A DNA stretch of 62,871 nucleotides, counting the filler, from Welwitschia mirabilis (taxonomy: Eukaryota), in assembly GCA_051453625.1 (NCBI GenBank). It is 8 parts of one record of this genome, joined end to end, with 100 filler letters (N's around TTAATTAATTAA, not from the genome) between each part and the next. Parts side by side here need not be neighbours in the genome. Positions count along the whole stretch, not along the records: positions 8,057 to 25,452 come from JBOZIK010000001.1; positions 25,553 to 36,096 come from JBOZIK010000001.1; 6 more parts are not named here. One strand, given 5' to 3'. The position numbers were made by a program, and so were the translations under genes. This document shows positions 14,500-26,879 of this stretch, one piece after another (within the stretch, counting starts at the first letter, position 1; every line of letters begins with the position of its first letter). The notes beneath the pieces are model-generated. The model was not told the DNA's origin. It searched no databases and saw only the letters and a list, made by a program, of their open reading frames with translations.

Positions 14500-15200
14500 C
14501 TTCATCTAATTCCAACGATTGCATCGAATTTGATAGAATGGAGAATTATTTCTTTATTGAATTTTATAAACGTGCTTTTTAGGCCCTACTTAGCAGAGTT
14601 TAGATATATAATTGTTAAGTTGAGGTGGTATGAATGGATAACTATGAATGATGGATTCATCTTAGAATTTGTTTTTGAATCTTATAAGAATTTAAGAATA
14701 AATAACACAAATGATGTAGTGAAAACAATATTTAAAAATAAAATAATATTGATTACTCAAGAAAATATCAAAATAATATTACACTTACATTCTGAAGGAA
14801 AATATATTGAGGATATAAGTAGAAAAGAAGATACAAATTTAAGCATAATTCTTCAAAGAAGGATAACAATACAAGGAAGATTTCTAATGGATAAATATTC
14901 AGAAACTTAATTATTTATTCTTTTAATAAATGTGGTCAATAATTTGCTATCAATCCTTTATAAAGATAAAGGTATTATAGTACTTGGGCTATATATGCTA
15001 GTAACTATAAAGGATAAGATAAATTATACAAATGTAAACATTATAGAAGGAATCTTTTTGGGTTTGGCAAGACATATTTCAAAATTAAATAAAATTAGAA
15101 TAAGAACTTCTAGAATAGTAGGGATAGAATTTCCCTCTTTGATAGCCTAGATACTAAGCAACAATTTAATTTCATTTCAACTAAATAACTCCTATGTAGG
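14500..15200 (+). pseudogene. env-like / putative plant transposon protein accessory ORF (element B)
   Basis: ORFs 14530-14910 and 14932-15150 are one frame broken by a stop. EFVFESYKNL (cf. LV.EFY.N) and IEFPSLIA*IL (cf. L.FP.LIT) are present, in the usual position 3' of pol. Confidence 0.65.
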
Positions 15201-16189
15201 TTTAGCCATTTAGAGTTTGTTTGGAGTCATAGAGTTAAATCTTCTAAGAAACACAAGACATAGAGCTACTCAACTAGACTTGGGAGAATCCTCTTCTACT
15301 ACCTAGAGTCTACCTTCATTGATTCCTTCCTTAAGCATGGCCAAAGACCCAACTCGATTCTCTTTTAAATAACTCTTACCCTTTCATCTAGTTCATTTTA
15401 GTAAATTTTCGAAAGTACTAGAGGAAGAAATGATTAATAGTCTTTGTAGTGCTTTGTATTTAGTTAAAGAAAAAATTTAAACCTATCTTGATAGAAAAGA
15501 AGAATTTTTATAATTAAAAAAGTAACTTAATAATTTAAAAATTGAAAATAAATTTTTGAAGCAGAAATTAGCTTAAAAAAGAGAGAATAGTAAAAGATTA
15601 CAATATGAAATTAGTAAAAGGGAGGAAAATATTTATCTTTCGAAAGCTTGCAAGGATGTAAGTAGGAAATTACAGAGAGCTTATGAATGCATAACTGAAT
15701 TAGAGATCACTGATGTAGACAAGGATAACTTAGAAAAATTTCCAAGGTAAAGATCAATTAGTATCCTTAATATAGAATTTAGCTTTAAGCAATAAATATG
15801 ATGCTAAATACATAGAGCATCAATAAAAGTTCATTGCATTCATGCATAATGAAGGACCTCTACCCTTGAATAGTGAATATTTAGAGAAACTTTACATAGT
15901 TTTATAGGAAGAATATTTATGTAGAGGTCCAATAATATAGACACAAATGGTTTAAATCCCAAAATTCATTAAGATACAATTAATCCATTTTGGGAACAAA
16001 TAAGAGATCCATGAATTATATGATAGATGAAAATAAAGCTCTTAAGAGTTACATAGGAGAAGCAAGCTATTCTAGTTAACCTCTTCAAGATCCAGCAAGT
16101 AAAATATGTCTTGAGAAATAAAAGTGGAGATCAAAAGAGTCGCAAGCTCAATTTAAAACATTCCTTCAACTTCTTCAACTATGAATAAT

Positions 16190-16860
16190 GAGATTGAAAA
16201 CAAAATAAAGATATGTATTATAGATACTTTGAAGGAATCTCATGCAAAGTTGAAGAAGGATATTAAAATAATATGCCCAGAATCTACCTATCTTGCTATT
16301 TAAATTTTAGAAAAAGAAAGTATGAAATTACTACATAAGCTATGCCTAATGAAGATGAAGTTGGATAAGAGGTTTGGGTTTGGACATAAAGAATTAATAG
16401 TTCCATGAATCCTTGACTACTATCCTTAGAAACTGTATAATTTTATTAATAAATTTAAAGAAACTTTAGAAATTATCATTTAAAAAACTTTTGTAAAGTG
16501 GTCAAAGAAAAGCAAAATTTTCGATAATTGTAAAAGAGAAGTTAAATCTTTAAGGACTGAAATTTTATAAAAAAGGAGCTAAATTTAAAAATTTTCAATA
16601 AGCTACAAAATTTTATAGAATATTAGAAGAATAAAAATTAGATATAAAAGTTTTTGTAGTTTTCTCTCAGGATTTTTAATAGTTATGTTCCTTTAGAGAT
16701 AGAATTTTGAAAAATATGACTATGTTAAGAGGCACCTTTATAGGCGTCTTTTTAAAATTAGAAAATAAGGATTCATTATATATGTACATAATTCTGATAG
16801 AACAAACTTTAAAAGTAATACTACAAGTTAAAACAACTCTAGAGCTAGAACATATGCCTT
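16190..16860 (+). pseudogene. Unassigned decayed accessory ORF ('ORF-X') of element B
   Basis: Aligns at protein level in two colinear blocks with minus-strand 43254-43767 (see findings). Confidence 0.75.
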
Positions 16861-17128
16861 AAAATTTTAAATTAAAGATTCCTCCAACTTCTAAAAGAAA
16901 GAGATAAAAACCAAAGTAGCCAATGGCTCCTTAAGAGGAAAATTTTAACTCCATTAGAATAGGAAAAACAAGTAACCCAATTAGCTAATAAATTGGAAAA
17001 ATTATATTTCAATGAAGAGCACACTTTTATTTTCAAAAGGAGAAAGGAAAAATAATAAGCCTCTCTTTCTCTTTCTTTTTTATGTATTTATTAAGGAAGA
17101 ACTAATAATACCTTGAGCTCAGGGGAAC

Positions 17129-18078
17129 TAATAAGAACTAATTTGGATGTATATTTTACTTGTTAATGAAATGCTTTTATTTTTATAATTATACATTTCA
17201 AATGATATTAGACATTTTTCTTTAGTAATTAAGTTAATGTACTAGCTAGTTAATAGATTAGTTAGTTAGTATGTTAGTAGGTGAGTATATATATTATATC
17301 ATTATGTTGCAGGTATAATATGTTATTTGGCATGAGGATGAAAGAGAAGACCGAGGTGGTAAAAATGCAATAACAACCTTAATCTTAAACCTATTCCTAC
17401 CAAGCATAGAAAGGAAATGATAAAACATAAATGTGTAGAAGAAGGATATCACCATGAAAAGTGTAGATCTTTTGGCAAAAAACTCTAGTAATAGAACTTA
17501 GTAATAAGTCCAAAAAGAGAATCTTCAGCCATTCTACAAAGGGCACAATATCATATCTCACATTCTAGTGTTAAATACAAAGGAAAACACAAAATCATTG
17601 GTACATTTTTATATAATGTTTTAGTATTTTAATATAAAGATGAAAAGTTAACATTTTAAGTATCATTGTATGCATCTTTTATTACTTGAAAATGTAATAT
17701 TATCTGCTACTTTCTCTTATTTGTATAGCTAAATATGAATTAGAAAAATTATCAATACTTTCAAATAAATATTATTTAACATTCATTACAATTTCTATCA
17801 TGTTTTTCTATTCTTTTTATTTTCCAGTAATGTAATATATGTATATATAAAACTTATTAATTACCAACCTTAGTAATTTAAGTAACTTCATCATGGGCTT
17901 ATTGTGATGATGCATTTTAAACTAAATGGTTGAAGTACTAATAATCTTAACTAGTTCTTCAGTAAACCTTTGATTTTTTTAATTTAATCATTTAAGATTA
18001 TTAGCATCATTGTTTCCTATAAGTTTTAGAATAGTTCTTATATTTTTTGCATTTATTTCATAACATAAGCTTCCATCA
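17129..18078 (+). repeat. 3' LTR of element B
   Basis: TAATAAG (decayed TG start)...CCATCA, followed by TSD AGAAC. Confidence 0.92.
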
Positions 18079-18083
18079 AGAAC

Positions 18084-18501
18084 CCAAATGAAAATAACAT
18101 GATATTCTTTCTCTTTATCATGGTGCTGTGTCTAGAGGTTAATCTAGTGGCCAAAAGACCACCATCAAAATTCTTCATGCTAGGTTTTATTGGCCTCATC
18201 CTTTTAATGTTTTTTTTAACTTTTCTAGAAGATGTAATACATGTTAACATTTTGAAAGTAAAAGCAAATCTCATTAAGTACCCCTTCAATCTATTTTGGA
18301 ATGTGAAGATTTTGATCACTGGAGTATATCCTTCATTAGAGAACTTAAACCATATTCTTGTAATAAACATTATATCTTGGTAGTAATTGATTATCACTAA
18401 ATGATTTAAAGCAATTCCTATTCATTCTAATAATGTAAAAACTATGTGCACTTTTCTTAAATCAAATATCTTTCATAGGTTTGGATTTTTAAGGGTCTTG
18501 A
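18084..18501 (+). pseudogene. Gypsy integrase N-terminal remnant (element A), truncated
   Basis: SGQKTTIKILHARFYWP (cf. G.KTA.K+LQ.GFYWP), CEDFDHWSI (cf. E+FD.WG+DF) and FHRFG. It stops abruptly at TGTAAT, 18502. Confidence 0.85.
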
Positions 18502-21500
18502 TGTAATATCTTACCCCTTTGAACTGTGTGCCATACATTAGGGTGTGCATAGTGAAGATAGTGTGATGACTACTATAATCATTTTAGCTACCTTGAATTT
18601 ACATTAGATTAAAAATAAAAATATTGAGAGAATACATTCTGGTTTCTCAAAATAAGCTTCTTATTACAAAATGAAAATTGATTCTTATCAAATTTGTGAA
18701 AATCCTACATGTTATTATGAGATTTGTGAGATTTGCTCATCAAAATTACACTTGAATCTCTGTGAAAAGCTCTATGTTTAAATAGTTTCATTCTTTACCA
18801 CTGGAGAAGCTAGGTTTTTTCTTATATTTTAGATTTTGCACATTTTTTCAATCAAAGCTAACAATAAAGATCTTTGAGTGCATGAAATGCTTGATTTAGA
18901 TACATGAAAGGATATTTCTAAAGAGAAGAGGGCATAGGCTAGAAACCTTCAGAAAAATCTTTAAAGCCTCTCTTTGAGTAATACAAGAAAAAGATCCTCA
19001 ATAAAATTATTGTTTTGTTGAAAAATAACCCCAACTCATTTTATGCCTTATAAATTTGCTTATTTACGTGCTTTTTAGAAAGGGCAAAACAAAATATTAA
19101 ATGCAAAATCTAAAACCAATTGAGAATTTTGGATAGCTTAAGTTATAGTAAATTATTATGTTCTCTTTGTTTTGTTTGTTTTAGTATTCTAGAAGTGGAA
19201 ATTATCTATTGATTGAAAATCTTTAATGTCATCCATCAAGATTAGTAGCTTTTTCTTTTCTTTATCTGATTTAAGAAATGAAAAAAATCTAATTATTTTG
19301 GTAATATCACTGGAATAAGATATGGATCTTTTCGTCTATATAAATACCCCAAAATTTCTTAAAAGAGGGAAAAAATAATTTATCTTCTGAGGTTCACAAT
19401 TGTTATTATGAGGGCAATTTCTTCATCAGCAGAAACTATAATCCTAGTTTCTAACTATCTAAATGAGGTTTTACACTCCAACTCTGATGAAATTCTAGGG
19501 AGAATCAAATAACTTTTGAATATAACTAGAGTTTCTCTAATGCATGATCAATGTGGTTCTCACTTCCGTTAACCATGGATTCAATTTTGTCGATGTCTAA
19601 ATCCTTGGAAACAATCTCTATTCTAGATCTCTTAGAAAATGAATACTAAGTATGGGAATGTAGTGAAACTTTCAAAATTAAGATTTCTAGTAGAAAAGTT
19701 GCTTATGGAGCATACCTCCATGGTAAACATATCATCTACAATATTGGTACTTGGCTTTCTCAGAGAGGCACAGTCACATCTTGAGGTTTCGCTGATTACC
19801 AAGATATAAAACATATTTGACCATTTATTAACTAAGATGAGGTATCATTTATTTCTCTCTTATGATGGATTTATTGTTTTTAATATTATAAAGCTTTTCT
19901 TCTATGCATTTTTCTTAATGATAAAGCTTTTTAGATAATGCTAAAAGATGCTTTAGTAATAGTCTAAAGAAAATAATATGACTTTTGTGAAAACTTACTT
20001 TTATATTTTCATTAATACTACTTCTCTACTTTTATTTTAAATTGTTTCCCTTACCTATTTCAATCATTTTAAAACTTTGCATTACTAATTCAAGAATATT
20101 CTAGCATTTTTACATCTTTGAATTCTTTTACTTTATTTGAAAGGACTTATGTTCATGTATATTCATAAATAAAATCAAAACCATTTGCTTTAGAATTATT
20201 CAACAAAGTAAATAAAATCTATTATGAGATTGAGGACTTATGCAAGACATGTATTACTAATAATTCATCCACTATGTCATGTCTTATACTCTACTAAATG
20301 TTTAACCTACTTTTATAAATATTATACCTTTTCTAGTTCCATGACAATCATAGTAAAAGAAGTCATAAGCTTAGACAATGCTAGAAAGGTTAAAATAGTG
20401 TTTTATCTTTAGATCCTTTATCTTAGGTATGGAATTGGAAATCCCTCTTATAGCCTTGATATTCTAATATTAACCTACATAAAGTTTTTGATATACACCT
20501 CCTAACACAAGAAAACCTAGTAGAGGTCTTGATCTCAATTGTAGCCTCCTTTGTAATAAATCGATGATAGTAATTAATTTAGACTATCTTCATGAATGAA
20601 ACTATGTTACTAGTTATATAGTAAAATTAGAATATACCCTATAGGTAATGTTGAATTTAAAACTTTTCGAATAATTAGAAGTAATATACTACATTTTTTG
20701 TGTATGATAATGTATTTCATTATATTGTATTACATTATGTAATATTATATTACCTTATGTTATATTATAATATGTTATATAACATCATATTATATTATAT
20801 AATATTATACATTATATTATATTATATTAAATTCATGTATATTGTATTATAATGCATATATATCATATTATATCTTATATTATATTATATTACATTTCTT
20901 ATCTATCATATTATATTATATTGCATGATAAGTATAATATTATATTCTTTTGTAATATGTATATATATATATCATATATGATATTGTATTATTTTATTTT
21001 ATGCTATCTCATATGTATAGTATTATAAGTATATATTATAAAAAGGAAACATGTCTTATTCTTAAAAACATATTAAAGTTAGGAATAGTTACATGATGAA
21101 GCAAGTGTTTAGCTAAGATTACGTATGCATCTTGGTAGCTTGAATAATGTTGTTATTATAAATATACCAATAGAATGCTTTTTCATACTTCGTTACCTAG
21201 TAATTAATTTATAATGAATGTTAGATATTGTTTGGTATATTAACAAATAATCATGTTGTTTTTAGTATGATATAACACACTTATATTATGCATAGTATAG
21301 TTATACAATAATGTAGGTTTTAGCACAATCTCCAATGATCATGTTTCCTTCTAGTATTCTTAATGCTTTTTAGGTATGTGTTCAGATATAATTCTTACAT
21401 GTTCATGCATATGAGTTAAATATTTCAAGTAGTTACTTGTTATCATATGCATAGAATGATATAATAATAGTGACTATTCTATTATGAACATTGAAATAAT

Positions 21501-22300
21501 TAGGTATTTTATTAGCAACCTTTATCCTTTAACTTCTATTGATATTATTCTATTAAGATTAAAAACTTAATTATTGACATATATGAGCTATTCTCTCTAG
21601 TATTTTATATTTATATATTATTAGATTCATTATTTTATGTTATAAAAGGGGAAACTATGAGGTCACCTCCTAAAATAGTGTGTGTACATGTGTGTATATG
21701 TATTTTTGTATGTTAATCATATTTTTTGCATAAGTTTACTATAATGATACTCTATTATAATATATTTCCTTTCATTGGCATCCACAATGATGTTCTAGTA
21801 AGATATGAGAGAATCTATTGTGCTTGGTAATGGTGGATTACTAATGGATGATTATGGCCAAGTGATCAAGGGGTTTACTATATATACAAACTTAGGTATC
21901 CATATATTTTATTTATATTAATATACATGTGTTTCATCATCATTCATGCATTAGAATTGCTTAATAGGATAGGATGTTCTAATCTTGAGAGTTCTTAACT
22001 AGTTGTGTTTCATCATCATTCATGCATATCTTACGTAACAAGTTAATATCTAAATGGTTAAGACCTTATCTTATGAAAAAGTATATCCTAATGGCTTAGT
22101 TAAGATTTTTGATTTATAATCAAAAAATTATCCAAAGACTTAATAGATAAAGGCTAAAATTTTATACATCTCCTAATGATTGTACTTATTCCTTGAACAT
22201 GATAGAGGTACTTACCTTCAAAGATCCCTTAAAGAGAAACAAAATCTACACTTTATCATTTTCTAAATTTTCTCTTAGCTCCATTTCTCAATTTAAGTTA
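18502..22300 (+). mobile_element. Probable long Gypsy-type LTR-derived sequence (right end undefined)
   Basis: Starts TGTAATATC exactly where the integrase homology ends. Non-coding, with TATA-like CTATATAAATACCCC at ~19336. No end or TSD identified. Confidence 0.35.
20715..21040. repeat. Degenerate (TATAT/TATTA)n low-complexity repeat
   Basis: Visible pentamer periodicity. Confidence 0.85.
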
Positions 22301-22549
22301 TGATACTACTTAATCATCTTTAACTTGATGCATGTTTGAATTTCATATGTTTTATCATGATTAAATAATCTCTTACTTCAAGCATTATAGTAAAAATATT
22401 GAATTTTAGTAGTCTTTAAACATTCTTATTTCTAATCCATTAATCTTTTTGATTAATTTTTTTAATGATTAATTATATTAGTTATATGCTTATTGTAATC
22501 ATGTGCTCTATGATAACACTCTAGTAATCAATCAATGCTATCAAAAAAT

Positions 22550-23924
22550 GGGATCATAAGTCAATGAAATAAAAATTAGAGAGGAAATAAAATCAAACCA
22601 AAAGTTAACCCTGCTAAAAGATATTACACAATGTCCTACTACATGTAAACTAGATTAAATATTTCCAAGAGCATCCTTTAGCAATATGATATGATAGATA
22701 TGAAAACTCTGGTGAAGGGTTAATTAGTCATGATCTATCTTTACTTGTAGATCACGAAGGGTCAATTAGTCATGATCTATCTTTACTTGTAGATCCTTAC
22801 TCTTTTGGTAATGGTTGCATACCTCTTATCATGAAGAACAATCTTTCTCAACATCCCACTTGATTTTCATTACTTCAAGGTAAAAACCTTGAGTGCCTTT
22901 GAGAATATTAATCATTAGATGATATTTTAACCAAAGTACTATGGTCTCTATAGCTAAATAAGGAATGACTTATAATCCAAACATTAATTGAATATTGATT
23001 TCTTTACTATATTATTTATTGATAAAATATGTTATTCTAACATTGTATCATATATTTTTACATCAGGCAGACTTATGATTTTCTTTGAAAAATTCTTCTA
23101 AGTTATAATTTAGGGTAAATTATTTAATCTTCTTCTTATTTAATGTTATCCCTTTGCAATTTTTTTATATTCTTACTTGCAAATCAGTCTTCTTAAATTC
23201 ATTCACTTTACTTTGTTGTCAACAATGGTGAGAACCTTATCATTTTCTAGTCTTTCAATTTAGAATTCTATAGTCTTGATGTAAAATAATCTTATCCTTA
23301 ATCATTTTCTTGTTTTCAATAGCTACTCATATTAGTATTATGTCATAGAAGTTTTAACCATGTTATTATAACATTTTTATCCCTATAAACTTGAAATTTC
23401 CTTTTAGGAAATCCTCTTTCTATTATATCTTAGATTCATTATCTCTTAACTTTGAACTCTTTATTTTACCCATTGCTAAGGATGTCGTACTCATGGTCAT
23501 GTGGATAACACTTATGGATGATAATTGTTTGCTAATCCTTATATTAGTAAAACTTATATAATCAAATATTTTACCTTTTATATTCACAAAATGGTGATTA
23601 TTAAGTATCATCCACCATGTCATTCCCTAAATAACAAGAAGAACGACATCATTCTAATATTTCTTGATATCATGCTTCTCAATCCTCTTTAATGTTTTTA
23701 ATACCTTAATGCATATCATACTTTACCAAAAATTAAAATTAGATTTTCATCACCTTTTCTATCTAAAAAATATCCTATTCAGGCTCAGTAAAAAAGTTCA
23801 TAGGACATGTTCACTTATCTTTTAAATCATATGAACCTACCTTATCCTAAAAAAGATGCATAATCTCTTTAAGATCCTGTCATCTACTTTAACATCTAGA
23901 CAATAAGGTATATGACATTCATCT
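22550..23924 (-). mobile_element. Decayed L1-type LINE ORF2 (RT region), left of the Sirevirus insertion
   Basis: Minus-strand remnants in canonical order: KKY*NDVV (cf. F+.K.W.++), NMVK.(F)YDI (cf. DM.KAYD), LEMIRFS (cf. L.MGF), ISHSLFSYRD at 22941-22973 (cf. ISHLLFADD) and SKDRS*LIN (cf. S.AGR.TLI). Confidence 0.6.
22714..22795. repeat. 42-bp tandem duplication
   Basis: GAAGGGTYAATTAGTCATGATCTATCTTTACTTGTAGATC at 22714 and 22756. Confidence 0.9.
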
Positions 23925-25229
23925 TAATAGTTAAGGATTGACCTTAGAGGAGGTGAATAGGTCTTTTAAGTTCTGTCTCCTTGTTCTTCATGACCTGCAA
24001 AAACAATAATATAGAAAAAAATACTAAAATAAGGTATTTAATGATGGATAGATACCACCCTTTAGCTTTGTAGATTCCTTGTCCTAGCTGGCATATATTT
24101 ACTTACAAGAATGGTTTTTAGGCTTATCAAATAACCTTTCATAACCAATGAGGATTTTATGGCTTATTCTCAATCAAGAACAAATGATAGAGAGAAGGAT
24201 GCATTAATGCACAGATGTGATTTCTAAGTAACATTAATCTTCTTTTTAAGAGAATGCAATGATGTGAGCACAACAGAAATCTAAACCTTTTTGGAATGTT
24301 TAGATGTGCTAGTAAAAAGTATATTAGTCCTTGTTCAATCTTGGATTTGACAAAAATAGTATCAGTGTCCTCTAGTAATTAGAGGAAAGCTTTTATACTT
24401 AAGATGTAACATATGACCATTTTCTTAAAAGGAAATGAATCATTGCGGTTTTCTAAGGAACTGTTGTACTTTTGCTAATGAACCGTTGTGTTCATAATGA
24501 TTATATTTTTTCATCACATGATCAAACTTTCATTATCTTTGGTCAACCGAAACTACAGTCACCCTTATTCTAACGTTCGGTCATCCTTGCTTGTCACAGA
24601 TTTCTCAGTATAGGATATGGTGCAAATTTGGTTGCCCTTGTGAAAATACTCAGTTGCCCTTAATTAGCTTGTTCTTATCATTTATACTTGGTTAATCTTA
24701 TGAGAGGATATTCTTGCTAAAATGCAGTCATCCAATCTCATTTTATGCAGTGGACCTGATGTCATCCAGTTCATGTTCTAATGATTATCATGTAGTTTCC
24801 CATATCGTAACTGTCGGTCGCTTGTACTACTATCACATAGATTCTTACTGTGTGTAATGCAGTTGCCCATATGAATATCTTCAGTCGCCTATCTTTCTAT
24901 CTAGTTGGATTTCACTACATGTATTGTAGTCACCCATATGAAATAGTCTAGTCACCCATACTGCTATCATATTTGATAAGGCTAAGTGAATTGTGATCAC
25001 TTGTGTGAGTATGATGGTTGTCCATATATTAATCAGTCTTCTTTATGTTATCTTATTTTATTTGCCTAGTAATTCATATGCAGTCACCCACTCCTAAAGT
25101 AGTATTATAGTTCTGGATCATTCGGTCACCTGATCTGATAAATCGATCACCTGGTGCTGGAAGTTACCTGCATAAAATACTAACTTATAAAAAATTATTA
25201 AATTAATCAATGACAATGGATTCTCAACA
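23925..25229 (-). repeat. 3' LTR of the Sirevirus-like element
   Basis: Direct repeat of 32173-33020 and 36780-37156. Ends TCAACA next to pyrimidine tracts (PPT complements), and has many degenerate CGGTCACC-like motifs. Confidence 0.92.
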
Positions 25230-25552
25230 AACTTTTCCTTTGTTATTGATTGAGGAAAAACAATAATTTAACATCTGGGTTCTCCCCCTAACTCATTTAA
25301 CTTTGAAAGTAATTATATTTAAATGAGTTTTAAATATAAAAAATCAAAAGAAAAATCAAAAGTAATTTGCATAAGAATAAGCTTCTTTGTATTACTCAAA
25401 AAGTGTCATTACATGTGAAAGTTATATTTTAACCCATTTGTAATACAAAGAANNNNNNNNNNNNNNNNNNNNNNNNNNNNNNNNNNNNNNNNNNNNTTAA
25501 TTAATTAANNNNNNNNNNNNNNNNNNNNNNNNNNNNNNNNNNNNNNNNNNNN

Positions 25553-26253
25553 TTATGAGGAAAGGATAAGGCAGGGCACGCCGTTTCTATGACTGAAGCT
25601 AGTTGACCATATATTTGAGCATGATTGCAGGGGCATCTAAGTCTCTTCACTAGTCTAGTACATACATGAGATAGACTTGATAATTTAAAAGCTCATCTCT
25701 ACATCACTAGGAGGAAGTTATAGGACATGATTAGATACAAAAGACAAAATTTTGGAAGAAGTTGAAAAGCTTTAAGAGTCTTTTTCCATGTAATGTATGT
25801 GTCACACACATGGTGATTGGCTGCATTCTTCTCTTCAAAAGACTCAACCATGGGCTAGTATTCTCACTAATTCCTTCTTAGAAGAACAGTGAGGGATGTG
25901 ATAAGATCTGTAGTAATGCACATTTCTTGGCTAAAAATAGAGGTAATGAATATAAAGTAAGTTGCATCATACCTGGAATTCGAATAGAATAACCTAGTAA
26001 CCAAAGGGTGGAACATGTGAGAAACATGAAGGGAACCCTAATTTACTTCTTCTAATAGAGTCTGGACTTCCCTGAGGCTTAGAAATTGCATGGGTTTATA
26101 AGTTCTCTCTAATGCAATGGGGATTGTCTTAAAATGCTTATCATAGTACCTCAGATACTCCATGCTCATTTTGGAAAACACATAACTCGGTGGTTTCACT
26201 GCAGCTTTCTTTCTTCTCTTTCTAGATCCCTCTCCTAGATGAGAAGAAGCCAT
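25553..26253 (-). pseudogene. Sirevirus env-like ORF remnant
   Basis: ORF MASSHLGEGSRKRRK... lies between pol and the 3' LTR. Downstream FHPLVTRLFYSN (~25980-26015) resembles the YP.LV..FY.N motif. Confidence 0.7.
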
Positions 26254-26879
26254 TTAAATTCTAGATCTGAGAAAAAGCATGTCAAAAAAGTGGAAGAGAA
26301 TTCCCCAGTATCTCAGAAAATGATAGAAAGTGATGCCAAAAGAATAAGATAAGAGAAAGAGGGGGTGGAGGTGTGGTAGATTTAAAAAATTCGCTATGTA
26401 TCACCTTAAATGTGAGTGACCGATCGGAAGGTCAGTCGATCGGTGAAAAATTTTAAAAAACTAATTATAAGGCAGCAGTCAATCCAAGGAATTTAACGCT
26501 CAACCTTCTAAGAAGAAATTTTTATTAAAAAAATCCAAATAAAACTCAGTTAACCTAGAAAAATAGAGGTCAACCTATTGTGACTAGAAAAAATCATCAA
26601 AGTAAGGTTGACTGAAGTGAATTTTTCAGTCAACCCAATTTTTACAGCATTTTATAGGAAAAACAGGAACTCAACTAGTTGACCCAACTTAACATGTGAT
26701 CGATCTAGTGAGTGGAAAATCTAATAGTTAAAAAGTCTAAGAGAAAAGGGGTCTCCCTAATGGGAAAAGAGGTCGACCAGGGTTCAAATATATATAAAAA
26801 TTAAAGATTTAAACCACCTCACTAAAACTTATTATTCAGATGAGGTTATGTGAGGCAAGTCCTTTTCAGCCTTAATAGC

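Larger units (their letters stand above)
9745..18078 (+). mobile_element. Athila-like LTR retrotransposon B with two LTRs and TSD; pol truncated after RT; long 3' accessory region
   Basis: LTRs at 9745-10730 and 17129-18078 both end ...GCTTCCATCA. TSD AGAAC at 9740-9744 and 18079-18083. PPT-like CTCAGGGGAAC precedes the 3' LTR. Internal gag, PR and RT motifs are present. Confidence 0.93.
5200..18501 (+). mobile_element. Athila-like Ty3/Gypsy element A, heavily decayed, host of nested insertions
   Basis: Decayed protease (NIGARVNTM, cf. DLGASVN, ~6825), RT and RNase H (8170-9740), and integrase resuming at 18084 after element B. The left boundary is approximate. Confidence 0.85.
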
